Shown: positions 39,601-54,270, counted from the first letter of the stretch. The stretch: DNA of 64,000 nt from Phoronis australis (GCA_002633005.1 NMRA01000066.1:1013192-1077191); one strand, 5' to 3'. The notes: generated from the letters alone by a model not told the origin. Program-made: numbers and translations.

Positions 39601-42600
39601 AATTTTCCATACCCCGCCTGTTACCTTAAACACCAGGGTTAGAACCAATTTTATTTAGTGGGAATGTTCATAGCATGATTAACAGCAGATTGGTATAACG
39701 TCAAAAAATAAATTTTGAAGGTTTTCTGCTTCAGAAAATACATAAAATTACTGTTACCGAGTTGTATAGGTGTTTGGCTGAATACATAATATAACGGATA
39801 CGCAGAATATTCTGTTTTTCACAATTCATGTTAGGACTGCCGTACCTGTGTAGAGAAATTGCAATATGGGATAGAATGTCCATGGGTAAACCTGTAAGAA
39901 GAAAAGACAGCATTAGCAAAAAAATTTTAATAAATAATGACAGCCACATTCTTGGTTTGTTTTCAATTGAACAAACTGATGGATGAAGAGCATTGATATT
40001 TTCCTAACCTTGTTCAACATTAGACTACAGGACTGACATGTGACCTCACAGTATGAGCAAAGAAACGATCAAAGCTGAGTTCTTCACTGTAATTCAAGTC
40101 AAAGTGGGCATTTACCCTTCTGTGGTTAAGATGAATTTCTTTCTTATCTCTCCACTTGAGATTAAACTTTTCAGCAAAGTATGATGCTCTTGCACTGAGT
40201 ATGCAACGGTGGGCAGGTATTGACTCTCCATGGATGTGAAACACAACGTCATGGTGATACCCACACTGCAGAAGGCTACAAAAGAAAATTAGAAATAAAA
40301 CCCAAAACTAAGTCAGCCAGAATGCTTGAGAGACAAAGACCTAAATTTTATGAGCAGTAGTGTTGAAGGAAGTGAAACAGAAGGGCAGCTTGTATAAAAG
40401 CCAGAAGGCTCCCACTGCTTGCAGAATGGTGAACGATGAAAACAGCAGGAAAATTCTAGAATAAGCCATTAACTGCCATGTGCAATGGAAACAAGATGAA
40501 TGTACACTGATATGAAAGTCAGGAGAGTAATGTTTTTTCAAGGACCCCTACAATCTATTTCCCAACTACCTGGACTAGCACAAATTCCGGAATTGATTTT
40601 TAAGCCAATGTCTAATTAAATGAAGTTTATTTCCTTTTTCCTTTCATGTGACCAATTGTCAAACAACCTATCAACCAGTCCTCCGACATCACAAAAAACA
40701 AGATTTTAGATTACTGACCAATATGAATTGGATTCAATTTATTCCTTAATTAGTCAAATTATAATCTAAAAGATTTCTTGGCTTTGAAAGAACTAACATC
40801 TAGGTTCTACAAGTTGGTTGGTCAAGGTGGGTCATTTTATGTGCTGAGAAATTGTCTCTGGCGGGAAAAATGAACTTTCAGTTCTTTGCAAGCTCCAGAA
40901 ATCACTTCTCTTGTGAGTAAGGAGCCTGAGCAAGTTGTGACAAACAACTTTTAGCCATAAGTGATCTAAATACAATGTTTATTTCCTTGACGAAATGCGG
41001 TTTCATAGCTGCGTTAATATCAGCATGACTTAAGTTTTTTGTTGCATTTAGTGCTCACACATTGAAAAGAAGGGAAATAAAACATATTACCTTCCGACTT
41101 TAACCCATATTTTAGGATTAAGGACAGGGGGAGGGAAAACAAAAGGATTTAAAATGAAACAAAGCACCAGACAGCAATAACACTTCAAATAATCAGAGGG
41201 TTGGGTCATGATCAGTAGTAGAGCCCAACATACATTCAGGCACCAAATAAATAAGCAAACATTACTCAATTTTCCTTTGAAAATATAAGAAATCAGTTAG
41301 CGCCACTCAGTTAAGCCAAGGCACTGCCAAAACATGCAATGATTTCCTTGGTTTATTGACAAAAAATAATTCAGGGGAATTTATCACCCAAACATGAAGT
41401 GCATGTACCACACCTAAGTTTATTCACTGCTACATGTAGCAGTTATAGTTCACCTATTGTTACCTTGGAATGTTTACTCACAATTTGCCCTTTGGCTCCC
41501 CATTGTTGAATGTCAGTGTACTCTAAGGTAAATTTCAGGAAGAGTACTAAACAGAGATAATTATCCCCAAGGACTCAACTTTGCTTACATAACATCTCAT
41601 TTTATTAAAAGCTCAGAAGCAGGCAACCAGTGAGACATGTCCTGGATGTCCCTTTGGGCACTCTGTCAGTTCAGAGGTTCAATAGAATAATGAGCTCATT
41701 GAATAGAATCAGGAATGGTTGCCTATTGACAAACAGTTTAAGGTTATCTATGACCTTAATAAATAACCTAAACTCTATGTCAAATATCGAAAAAATCAGT
41801 GCTTTGTCAATCATTAAAAGTATACATTTCTGAAAGGAGAAAGATCGAGGACTCTAAAAATATGCTTCTTACTACTGTGTCTTTATTATTGTCACGTGAC
41901 TACGTTTTTTACCGGTAAGTCAAATTGTAACGTGCAACAAAACATTCATAGCCAAATTCGCTCCAGCCAATTTTACTAAAACTTTTTTAAAATTTTTAAA
42001 TTTAAGTTTAAAAACTTTATATGTTCATTCTCAAAAATGCCATTAGAAATTTTTTATTATTCACTTCATGTGGAGAGTTTCTGGCTTACACTGGTCACCA
42101 CTCAGATTCCGTCAGCCCCAGGCAACTTTTATGATGGCTATTCAGCTAACCCTTTGTATAGATGTAGATCTGAGCTAATGAAGTGGAAAGGTAATAGATA
42201 GCACTTGTAACTGTCACAGCAATGGTGTTGTTATTACCCTCAAACTGGTTTTCTCTGGCATTTGAACAGAGTTACAGCCTGAAACTGTAAAATGGAGTTT
42301 TAACTTGGTACATTTTAAATATTACAAAATGACTAATAATGCGTCCACATATAAATATGTGGCCGGGCGCATAAAAAGGTTAATTTGTGTTTATCTTGAC
42401 AAAGTGCCACTTCCCAAAGGAACAGTGGTTTAAATATGTTTCACACCCGTCGGGTATTCCTTACTTCATTTTTAACACTCCTGTCTACTTGCTTTTTCTT
42501 TATCAGGAACGGGTTGATATCTTTTTATTTTATTTTTGAACTTGAAGTACCAAAACAGTGGTAGATTTTGATTGGCAGCGAAACTTAGTTAGAAGTTTAG

Positions 42601-45600
42601 TTAATTGTGAACTTTCCAGATGACAACTACATTAAACATTTCATGGCAAACAAAACTACACCTGTCATTAGTTCAAGTTTAATCATTATTAGAACTCAAA
42701 TCACATATTATAGAAAGTTGTGAAATCCCGGCAAACTGACTACATAACTATTCTAGCTTTTCGTCAGTCATAAAAAATGAAAAGTAGGCACAAGTTATGT
42801 AAAACTATTTCCTAGTAAAAAATGTGGTTAAACGAGATTGAAAGAATATTGAAAGAATAATCCATGTGATATTGTTAACTCTGATCAGTGTTTGTAAATC
42901 CATCAAGTATATCAAAACGCGCGGTTCGTTGTCTTCAATCTTACCCAATGTTTGTAGTTTTTAGCTTATTAGTTCATTGATTTTTAAAAATAGAAAACCA
43001 TACTAGGTTGTTTTTACAGCTTAACACCGCCTTGGTGTTTGTTTTTAGTGAAAATTATTGGTTAATACATTTTGAAAATTCGCCAGTATAAACAGGCAGA
43101 GATGTTTTCTACAGTTTATAGTCAGGTAATTACACTTAATTGGGTCTTCTCTGTATATCGCTTGGTTGGCAAAAACTAGGCATTTTAAAGCAAAATCGTA
43201 ACAGTGTTTTTGAGACATAGTGTAAAATTTTAATTAAAAAACTTTTAGTAAAATCGGCTGGGGGTTATTTTGCTATGAATATACCTTTCTTGCACATGAA
43301 AAACGTGGTCACGTGACAATAATAAAGACAGTCTAGTAAGAAACATAATTTTAGAAATCTCGGTCTTTCTCCTTTCAGGAACTACTGTTGTACATACTTA
43401 TAATTAACAACAAAGCATACGTAGTTTTTTGATATTTGACTTGGGGTTGAGGTCGTTTATCAAGGTCCACACCTATTCTTTCATGCTACATAAACATTTT
43501 CAAAACATGATTGAAAAGAGGTTTTTCATGGTCTCGGTGAAAGTATGCTGTGAGTGAAATCAACTTACTCGTAGACCTTAATGGAGTTGGAGTTTGAATG
43601 TTTCGAACTGCTCAAGTCCCTCAAGTCCCTTACGACAACACCCTAAACCCTGGTCAGAATTGGTATACAAGGTAATTAATGTAGCAAATGGAATGCATAT
43701 TTTTATGGAACACTCAAACATGTACGAATATGTATATTGTGTACAAAATGCACATTTTAATGAAATGGTAAACTACCCTATGAAATACCAAATTTGTTTG
43801 TGGAATAGGCATCATTTGTATATATAAAAATGTAATTTGTGTATAATGTAGGCAAATTGCATATTTTGTACACAAACCTGTGTACATAATAGATGTAAGA
43901 AAAAATTGAATGGCTAATTATGAATAAATCAAATGAGATTATTAAGATGTTATTTTGAAAGTCTTTCCTACCACAATAGTTGTCCACCATAACACTGGTT
44001 GATACACAAACCAATTATCTCCCATGATTCAGAGTTCTGTTGTCATTAGAAACTCATCACCTTGTACTTGATCAATACAGGATTTGAGTCAGGTCTGTTG
44101 AACAGGGAAACCAACCTACAGTCCTATTGTGTGAAATAGATCAATTTCTCCATTTAGCAATTGCCATCAAAGCAATAAAACACTGGCTAAAATAAATTGA
44201 TGAATAGCAGACAAAAGCTATTGACTGTTGGCTTCGGAAATTCAGGATTCCAAAAGTTATTATAAGTTAGGATTTTTACCCAAAGAAATATGATAAAATT
44301 AGCCAAAATAGATGCAGTTTCGATTCTTTAGTACCTGTTGAAGAGTTTCGTAACTCTTGAGTCGTGATGCCAGACAAAAGACTATGAGAATTAAAGTTTA
44401 ACGGCTAAATTGATATCTGGACTAAACTTGATTTAGAAAAAACTGTTGCTTGCAATTGATAGCAAATGGGAATTTTTGTGATATCACACTGATAATACCG
44501 AGCAGCCCGTCATTGTTAAAATTAACAATTTCCTCTTTCCCAGAAGAAGAAAAATACATTGCATGACTGATCTATTTAAATACATTGCATGATTGACCAA
44601 CTTTTCAAAGGTCAGGCAATCCTGAGTTGTTTACAATTAAGCCAAGAACGATACAGAGGCGGATCTACAGGGGGGGTTCAGGGGGTTTAAACCCCCCCCC
44701 TCGGGACAGGATCAAAAATAAAAACTGGAAAAAAAATCGCCAGAAAAACAAAATTAGCTACTAAAAATCCCAAAAAATCTTACACGGGAGGATGGAAACC
44801 CTCTCGCGACCTTCCTTCTCCTCGGCGCTAGGCGCCTCGGATTCTCTCCGAGTCGAATCCTAAACCTCCCCTTACTGAAATCGTAGATCTGCCACTGCGA
44901 TACATAGAGAATCCAAAAGATATTCGACTGCTTTGCCAATTTCTTGGTACCACAACTCAAAATGCATTAATACAAAAGTTTCCCAACATTACAATCTGTG
45001 AACTGCATAACAACGGAGAGGAGATTCAGTGATTTGCATGTTAAGTAAGGGGACATCAAGTGCTGGATATATGATGCATTGTGGGTAAATATCTTAGAAA
45101 GAGTGTGGTGCTATGCTATATCAGTGTGCGTAATATATTGCTCTCCTCTGCTCTACAAAAAGGAAAGAGATCAACTTTTGTGATATTACGGGCTGTTGGC
45201 GTTCTGCAGTTCTAATTAACTTATGTATATACAAAGTTCAAGGTACACTGTGGAACGAGACAATAATTGCCAAATGAGGGGTGTAGTTGTACAGACAGGT
45301 TTTCATTTATGTTTGTTTATAATTTCTCGTTTGCACTGAACCAACATCTGGTAAACTAACCGTCTCAAGAACTCCTTGTAAAGATCACGTCTTTTAGTTT
45401 GTGCAGTGACCACTTTGTATGTTTTTAAAATGTTGCGAATCTCATCAGTCAATGCCCCGTAAACACAACGCTCTCCATCAAATGTGTTAGATTCACATTT
45501 TGCACCTGAAATAAGAAATAGGTGCGTTTTAGAGAGCCTGTGACATAATCATAGGTGAAACTGAAAAAAATAAACAATATGACAACGGCCCAAAGGAAGA

Positions 45601-48600
45601 CTCCTGTGACAGGGCCGGCGATCAGGTACAAACGACAGCAGTGATACAGTTGATAATTACTTAGACATGTAAATTTAAGGTAAGAATAAAAGGCAAGACA
45701 ATTAAGTGGGAGAGTCAATCGTATTTCACAAAGTTCATTCTATAATCGAAAAGCCAAGCCATTATCTTAAATCCAGTTTAAAACAAATACAACAATGCCC
45801 ATTAACTGAACTGCAGTGATGCTCACAAGACCTGTTTGTTTAACAGGAATAAAAAATTCTCCACCACTGATCATTAAAATTCGTAATCACGATCATATAA
45901 TTAGGCTTTATATACTAACCATTTTCTAACAAATACTTGACCAATTCTTCGTGTCCACACAAACATGCATAGTATCTGAAAAAAAACGTGCACACTTATC
46001 ATAGCTACATGAAGGCCACGCACATATGATCAAGTAAAAAGAATGCATTGTTCCATCTTGCAACAGTGTACCCAACATGCCACAACCCAGAAATCTTGGT
46101 ACACATGCATGTTTTACAGCAAATGATATCCTCATGCCATTAGAATATCATTTATAGTCACCTTGTTACTGTGACCGGGGATAGTCTAGGTGATCACCTT
46201 GAGATACTTGCATTATTACCTCAGCCAAGTAGCAAGATTCAAGCTAATTATATTCATAAAGACATGCCTGAGTTAAAGGAACGTGAAAAGCTTCCTTAGA
46301 AAGCAGTGTGTCCGTAATTATTTCCACGAGATTAGACTTATTGCAATTGGAATCAGGAGGCGTATGGTAAATGGAATGTCTGAAGGTAATTTGGGTTTGT
46401 CTTTATGAATAGGCTTGACTTGCTGCTTGGCTGGGGTAAAGCACCTCAGGGTCCTATCCCATCCTCACCGTCCCTAAGCTACATAAAAAAGAATGCATTC
46501 AACATCTAAGTCTTGTGAGGGTTACTCTGCATAACTGAATTATTTTAAACACAATAAAAAATCTGACCCCTATCGTTTCAGGGAATGTATGAGCCCCCAT
46601 GGAAAGCAGTGTGAACTGATGGGGCTACCCTCATTGTAAATATTACATTAATAAATAATAATCATAATAAAAAATGATAGGCATACAGTGGAATGAGCCA
46701 AACAGTAAATGGGGTTGAAGTTATATAACCTTACTGTGCTATGGAAACTGTATCAACAGTCCTGTTTACATGGAGGGTAATAAAATGGTAAGATATCTTC
46801 TCAATCCTGAATACAAGGTTCTCATGGACTGGTGGGGCAATGATGGTGCTACAAGACTTTCTTAGGAAGTGGTCTTATAGCTTTTTGCCCCCTAGCTTAT
46901 CCAAATATCGAACCCTGAGACTACAGGGCATAGCAATTTCAGACATGAGGTGACGTGCTCCCCTTGTTATTAGCGTTCAAACTTCAATTTATGCTTTATG
47001 AGTGAAATTACTGGCAAAAAGCTAAGACCACTTAATTTCCTATGAAAGTCTTATGTCTTAGGGTTTGACGTTTGCATAAGCTAGGGGGCAAAATGCTTAG
47101 ACCACTTAAGTTTTATGTCTCAGGGTTCGACTTTTGCATAAGGCAGGGGGCAAAAAGCTAATATTGTCTATTATATAGCTTTCACCTAACCACTTCTCCC
47201 ATATTTACTGGTCAGCTGGATGTTGTGCTTTAAAGGCAATTGCTTGAACTTGCAATTCTGCTTGTAATCACAGGATTGCGTGTGCATGAACTTGGAATTA
47301 TTCGTCCATTGAAACAATTAGGTGAAACTTGCTAAGTACAAATTTTTTTGTGATTATTAGCCTCACAATCATTCATTTTCTCCTTAACTGATGAAACTTG
47401 TGTCACAGAATTGGAGGAATATATCTGTGAATGATGAATAAATTATTGGTTGGTGAATGAGATCACCAGTAGTTGATAAAAGACAATAAAGGTAAAGTAT
47501 AAAACTTAATTATTTCATTAACATCTGAGTAAAAATAATGCCCCTCCACCTTGAAGAATGTGAAAATGGGAGAGTCTCCCTCCTTGAGGTTCCTAAGTAG
47601 GGAGTGAATTGAGAGCTTAGGGAGCAAATTTGAACGCTGTTGGCACAAAGCGAATCTGGGGGTTCAAGAGCATGATTTACCGGAATTTCGTTACTCTGAG
47701 ATGCATTTGATGCCTTTTAAGCCTTTCTGAGAGGTTTCTAGAAAGTCCACTTATAAAATATTTTATAAATATCTGTGGCAAACAGTTCAAGAAAGGAGTT
47801 TTTAATCAGATATGTGGGCGAGAGGTCGGGAAGATTTAATAAATTTTCTCTTAAGTAGATTAAGATCTCATGCCGACGACAGAAAAATAATTTAATGGAA
47901 CCTCTAGTACAGCAGAATTTTCAAAGTGATCATTTGAGTGAACTTTAAGGTTACTATTAAGTATTCCAAGTTCAAATAAGCGCGATCTTGAGATGAAGCG
48001 AAATTCCAAGTACAGCAACTCTGCTCTAGAGCAAGATGCCTTGTGGCTATTAAGTTGCACCAGGGCAGCAACCCCATCTGAACGTTGACTTACAGTGGAG
48101 TGCTGTCCCACTTGTCTCTCACATTGAGGCCAACTTCCTTATGTTCTACCAGATACCTGCAACATTGAAACATCCAGAGTTAAAATCCATAAGGCCCCAT
48201 ATCTCATAATATTACAGTCACCATTCAATGCATCTCATGGTTGGGATTTGGATAGCCAATTTATTCAACCACTGACAGCTCTTTGATTTTTATGACCAAC
48301 TTCTCTTTGTTTGGAGATTACAGAAAAGAAATGGATGTGATGATAACACTGTATACATTTAAACAAAAAATATAGGCAGTAGTACAGACCGTTTTTGCCA
48401 CTGCAACTGAGTTTGTCATAAAAAGTTGAACCTTTTCATTCTTTGAATGGCAAAATCTGTTTAACTATGCTCAACAAAATGTGTTCGAGTATTTGTTGTT
48501 TGTTCGGTTTGTTTGTGCTTGACACTGTTGCTCAGTGTAATGGCTTGTTAATTGCCTTGATAATGCATTAGCGATTAGCAAAACGTTGACCATGAAAATC

Positions 48601-50426
48601 TACATAGCATAGGCGTACCCAGGGCCCCCCCCCCAATTTGGCGAATTGGGCAAGAAAAAGGTCTGGCTCAGTCAACAAAAAGTCCAAGTAAATGAGACAA
48701 AAGTCCACAAAATCCCACGGGAAGTGGGCCTGAACCTAGTGGCCTCATTTTTTTAGTCCTTGTTGATTTCTTTCACTAAAAGGTCTGCACACCGAAAAAT
48801 TCGAGCCCCCCCCCCATAATGCTTAAGGCTGGGTGCACGCATGCATAGTTGCGGTGATTTTAAATTTCTTTCCAGAGATGATTTAGCCAAAACCTGATTT
48901 AAGAATAAAAAGAAACTGACTCGATCATGGCATTCCACCTGTTGTCGGAGTAGTTCTGACCTTCCCTCTTTAGACTTTACTATATGACGTAAGTCAACAC
49001 TTTGTGCACAGATCTTACTCATCATAGGGCACGCCTACGCAAAAACCTATTAGAGTTCACTTCCCGAAGGTTGATTGGTTACAGCATGTAGTCAATTACC
49101 ATTTCGTGCTGGCTGATTGTATCGGTGAAATTTCACTTTACAAAGAGATGACTCTTCATATAGAAAAATTCATCAATTGTGACAACACTGAGCCGGTCGG
49201 GCAGACTAATTGTGACAATTTACTCATAATAGCTCTTCCTATCAACAGCATTTGCAGGAAATTTTTAATTACACATGCTGATGGAACTATATGATGTGTT
49301 GTGGATGATGACAGCATCAGTCGGGCCAGATCTCATCACTATCTGTTTTTTGTCTTTTCTTGGTCAATTGCGTAGCCTAATTGGTCTAGTCGCCTGCGGC
49401 GTCCACTGGTGAATTGTGCCGCAAATCAATGTGAATGAGTCATAGAGTACAGGCAAAGTGTAAATCTTATGGCCAAAAATGGCCTTCATGACAAGAATAT
49501 TCCAGAACCAGACAGTTCACAAAATAACCATGCAGTCTTAGTGGGTGATATTTCAATGCATTTAAATTTAGCCAGTGTAACATGATAATTGACCTACTCC
49601 ACACAGTAATCAAATTTCCTGGCCTCTTTATAACAGTGGGACTTGTACAAATCAGTAACAGTACAAAAAGCCGTGACATAGGCTAACTCATGTATGACAT
49701 TAGCAAAACAGCAATAGACAGTGACCGCCATCTATTAGCCAGTTGGAGACAGTAGTTCGGGTGGTGTGCGTGAACTTGGAATTGAATATTCTTGAGGTAA
49801 AAAGGTGAAATTTTTGTTTGGTGAAAAGAATTTTTGTAATTATTAGCCTCGGCGATCAACCATTTTCTCCTTTACCGTAACTTGTGAACCGGAGGAATAT
49901 GTGAATGGCTAAATCGATTATTTTTTGATGAAACTGATCGCTCGTAGCTAAAAAGGTTGCTTGAAATTGACATTGTTGTATTCAAATGTAACTTAATTGA
50001 TCATAGTGCAGTGCAAATTTTTATGAACATGAACGTGATTATTTGAGTTAACTTGTCAAGTTGCCTCGCGTATTCCAAGTTCACGCAACACTAACTTTCG
50101 CTTAATCTTGAGATTAAGCAGGATTCCAAGTTCACGTACAGTACAGCACGGGCACGGTGGCAGCTCGGCTAGAAAGCAACACCCCTTGACCTAATACACA
50201 CTGCACTGCATGCCCAATATTCTGAGTTTAACAACTTGCTATCACTGAAGTCAAAAATTCTGTTTACTGAACTCAGTTCAATGTGGTCTAGTGACTGAAG
50301 TATGAACAGTACATAAGACAAATCAACGTAACATTCCAATTGCCTGGCACTCGAACCACTTGTGACTTACTCTACTCTGCCAATGTCGCCAATTTTGCAA
50401 CAACGAAACAGTTCGTGGATATCCAT
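30638..50426 (-). CDS. ABTB1: Ankyrin repeat and BTB/POZ domain-containing protein 1 (481 aa, 12 coding exons)
   Basis: Exons 50426-50371, 48156-48094, 45975-45920, 45505-45361, 40275-40116, 39891-39846, 36527-36411, 35732-35599, 35052-34960, 33676-33509, 31949-31749, 30844-30638 are GT-AG and in frame (1446 nt). MDIHELFRCCKIGDIGRVEYLVEHKEVGLNVRDKWDSTPLYYACLCGHEELVKYLLENGAKCESNTFDGERCVYGAL, AFLCGRSDY, ADLYLLPGLKRQC and RQEVDS..IIDNLR match ABTB1 as recalled. Confidence 0.96.
38229..39593. mobile_element. Degenerate TIR element (~1.36 kb) in an ABTB1 intron
   Basis: ACCGCATTTATCCACCTT (38229) pairs with AAGGTGGATAAATACGGT (39576-39593); the interior is richer in CpG than the surrounding intron. 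Confidence 0.5.
41738..43475. mobile_element. Long-inverted-repeat element of the TTAA family (arms ~41738-42040 and ~43200-43475)
   Basis: TGAAAGGAGAAAGATCGAG..CTTACTA..TGTCTTTATTATTGTCACGTGAC pairs with GTCACGTGACAATAATAAAGACA..TAGTAAG..CTCGGTCTTTCTCCTTTCA. Confidence 0.75.
44654..44897. mobile_element. MITE with 5-bp target-site duplication (CGATA)
   Basis: TIR CAGAGGCGGATCTAC / GTAGATCTGCCACTG; CGATA at 44649-44653 and 44898-44902. A related end (TAGATCCGCCACTG) lies at ~62410-62423. Confidence 0.8.
46591..46672 (+). mobile_element. Retroposon 3'-end fragment with A-rich tail, same family as 1900-1986
   Basis: GAGCCCCCATGGAAAGCAGTG..ACTGA.GGGGCTACCCTCATTGTAAATA..AATAAATAATAA. Confidence 0.55.
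46850..47162. repeat. Combined inverted and tandem repeat (~60-75-bp unit)
   Basis: AGCTTTTTGCCCCCTAGCTTATCCAAATATCGAACCCTGAGAC (46879-46921) is inverted relative to two tandem copies at ~47055-47105 and ~47117-47160. Confidence 0.7.
48608..48843. mobile_element. MITE with 5-bp TSD (CATAG); related copy at ~62712-62952
   Basis: TIR CATAGGCGTACCCAG / CTGGGTGCACGCATG; CATAG at 48603-48607 and 48844-48848. Internal CCCCAATTTGGCGAATTGGGCAA..AAAAAGTCCAAGTAAA is shared with the copy at 62712. Confidence 0.85.
49765..50140. mobile_element. MITE family copy; diverged relative at ~47281-48020
   Basis: Ends GTGCGTGAACTTGGAAT / ATTCCAAGTTCACG. Internal ATTATTAGCCTC..CATTTTCTCCTT..GGAGGAATAT is shared with 47281-47480. 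Confidence 0.6.
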
Positions 50427-53400
50427 TGTAAGCGTATCGCCAATGTTCACTATGCATGAAGCTAAAAAACATTGATCGTATTTCTGCACCAAAATCTTAG
50501 TGCTAGTACGCAACACATTTGGCACAGCTGACTGACTGACCCCGCCTGACGCTAAATTTGTGGAATCGCTTACGACAAGTAAAATTGGAAACAAACCATA
50601 TAGCGCTCTCTGGTGGTAAGTAGGCCTACTACACTTGCACAAATGAGTCATAACTAACACATTCGTACTGGTGTTGCTTTTCTATCAAATTATGAATGAG
50701 ATGAAAATTTCATTCCGAATTTAGTCTGCACTTCCAGGCATTTACTTTGTTTTTGACTGTTAGTATCCATTTCTTCGGCTGAATCCCATTAAGTGTCTTC
50801 GAATAAAAAATTCCTTACCTCGAGTAAATATTGTGCTTTAGTCGTGAAGTTATGGTCTTTAGTCGAGGACAATGCGCGTGCCTTTATGCACATGAGCCTC
50901 TGCACTGAAGCGGAACTGAAGCGCATATACAATTGGCGTATACGAGTTTAAATACGCACATATATGCATTAGACACTAGGTTTTGTTTATGTAAGATAGT
51001 CGACTTGCATATAGGTCTATGGCGTACGTTTCTCAATCATTTGCCCATTTTTATGTGAATACGCGCTAATTGGCAAGACATTCCGCTTGTTTCATTGTTT
51101 TTCGCGTGGACGTCCTCCGTCTTATTCAAACATTATACAAAAAACAACCAAGCACTTCTTACGAAACAACAACAAAAAATAAACTTTTGACACCAATTTG
51201 ATGTGGTTCGGGTGAACCGACGAATTTTTTGTCCAACCTATTCTAAAGAATTGCTTTCGGTCATGAACGGCAGCCAAGTGGGGCCCCTACGGCACGCTTG
51301 AATTCCATGACAGTAAATTCACGTTGAATTTGGTTATGTGGAAGTCAGTGGGACCTCAGAAAAATATCTAAATTTGGCTCTAACTTCGGAGCATATCTTA
51401 AAAATGGTTGATCGTAGTCATGTCAACTGTCAGATATTATGGCTTTACGGTATGTACTATTACCCAAAAGTATTTAAAATGTCCCACTTTTACATAAGGG
51501 CTATCAGAAAATAGCCCTTTTATGGTATTCGTGAAAAAAATAAAAAGTTGCATGAAACGAAAAAGAAACCATAATTAAAAAAATGTAACAGCGTTTTTGA
51601 GAGTTTCTCCTTGAACATTTACAGTGTCATCCAACAAAAATTGGTCTTTATTGACAACGTTGTTTTTCTAGCAATGTAAGGCAAATTGGTATTAAATGAA
51701 ATAAAATTCTACAAGCTTTCTACTTTAAGAAAAGATATACTTTTTGATTTAAAGTCTATAGTGTTGCAGTTATTTGGAAAAATACACAGATTTGTCTATA
51801 AGGTCCTTGGCTTTAACTCAAGATAGGAACCTCCAGTATTTCAGCCGTCAAACCAGTTGGCATTTAGCTGCATATTAATTAAACGAGTTCTCAGGTGATT
51901 TGTCCAGCTCATGCAGTTATTATGAGCATTGGTACCGAGAAGAAAGTCAACATTCTGTCGTATTCATGTCCATGATACGACTGTTATTTGTTAATTATTA
52001 ATAAAGATCACTTGAGCGAATCCCTCACAATGAGCAGTCATGTGACAAGGACAGCTGGTCGAATCACGTGACACGACAGCGTACAATAACAATTATCGAT
52101 TTAGCGGCTCATCATAATTGACCATGATTGCATTGTAAATATGAGCGACTCTTTGTCCACTCAGACAGTAATAACATGTGAGAGTTGAAACAAAGCTACG
52201 TAGCTATAATAGTATAACTGCAGACGTCGGGTCAAGAAACTTTAGAAGCGTTGAAATTTACTCCGACTCGGTGCCACCCGTGACAGAAGCTGAAGAAACT
52301 GACTTGCCACTTGCTAACAGTGCAAGTAATGACCATACGCTATAAGTGCTGATTAATTGAGGTAAGATAGTTGTCACACACCGAAAAGTTAGAAGGTTTT
52401 TGTGTTTTGCTCCCTCATCTGAGGCCTGTCGCCAATGAATAGACGCATCTCAGAAGATCCACAACTGAGGGTGTTATGGCACGGTGGGTCGGGGCGCGAC
52501 ATGCCCAAGTGCTGTTTTTGTCGTGGGTGATCATTCCTGCTCAAAATTTGTGATAACCTGACAAAGACCGAAATTCATAACCCACGTGTCTAAGTATTGG
52601 ATTTGTCCCTATGAATTCTCACTACCATGTTCTGGAATTTGCTAGCCAGTAAGCACTGTCAAGTGTTGGTATCAGGTGTTGCGGCCGTCTCGTGAGAATA
52701 CTGCCTCAGGTGGCAAGTTTGTATTGCGAGAAATGTTGTTGGCATTTTATATTCATAATTTCTGGAAAATTGTGCTGGTTCAAGTAGAATTTTATTATTG
52801 CTTACATTTGTCCTTCCTACCGGTGCTGAAATATTCTGTTTTGATTTGTATTTTGACAGTTTTACGTCCTTGTTCGTTTTTAGACAGTCACTTATTCCCC
52901 AAGTATGCTAAACGGAAGGCTAAACCGTTGGAAGGGTATATCTCTTAATATGAGCACAGCCCGTTCGCATTATATCCAGGTTCTTCACTCCCTTGCACAC
53001 ATTCACCAGTAAGACCGAGCTCAGAGGAATTGGAGACTCTTTTATTGGAAGGGTACGAGAGTAAGTTAATTCAAACAGTTTTGTTTTCTCCAATCAGTCG
53101 CAATCACCACTCTGGCCCACCCACCAATTTCTTCCCGCAAGACCACACGAAAAACACACCTGAGTCACCAAGTTCTTTTCAATAACCGTCCGCGCTGTAA
53201 AGATATTAGGAAAATTGTTTTCGGTTTCGAATTATGGGCGACAGAGCATTGCCATAACTTCCGACAGCTCTGAATTAAACGAAATTGCTAAAGTACCGCC
53301 CTTTTTGCTCAAATGCCCTAAAAAGTGAATAATTAAAAAATCTAAGACCTATTTCAAAAATCTGATGCACTGTTCCCTGTTAACATGTTGACAAAAGACC

Positions 53401-54270
53401 AATATGATTGGAGTAACAATTCTTTAAATCTCTATTCAGGCAAAAGAGTTTTTTACAAAAAATCATATCTGGTGAAAAATAATGACAAGTAAAATTATTA
53501 ACCTTTCAGAAAATAATACTCTGTAGGGGTTACAACTAGATATTCGGACACAAGTACACTCAAGTAAACGAGGTTTACAGTTACCTTAAACGGATACTAA
53601 ACCCTTTTTGGTGATTTCAAATAATCCTCGTTCCGCCCCTGCATCACCCGGATGTTTGGCGTTCCACTTGAATTTGCAAAATCAGGGTTCAACTTATACA
53701 TAATCTCTGGGTCACAAACTGGATATTTTGGTTCTTGGTAGGTGGTTTTTCCGTACAGTTGTTGTGTAACTCACACAAACCTTAGGTCAAATTGCCCGTT
53801 TAGTAGACTTTGTATTAATTTTCAAATTTTGCTCCAAACTTTTGAGGGTTGGTTGTCAAGGATTACAGTACATTCTTTGTTTCGGAGAACTGGATGGGAA
53901 AGTAGATTTTACTATCTCCTAATATAATAGGCAAAACCGGGTTTGGTATCCTTTTAAGTTTGATATTAGACAATTTTACCACCATAAATGAGCCTCAAAT
54001 TCATGCTAAGCTGAGATTAGCCGTTTATTATTACTGTACCTGAAAGCGAGTCGTGTACGAGATAAAGATTCCTTGTTTCAAGTGTCTTTAATCAATCGTT
54101 AAAGACAGTTCTACTCGTAATCAGAACGACGCGAGTTATTTATGTCTAGTGTATGCAACTGACAAAGGTTTTAGTATGAAAAACATGACTCTAAACCACA
54201 GCAATTAACAAGTGCAGGAAAATATTGTGTATTTTTTATTTAAATCAGATTGTACTGTTTTTAAAAACCC

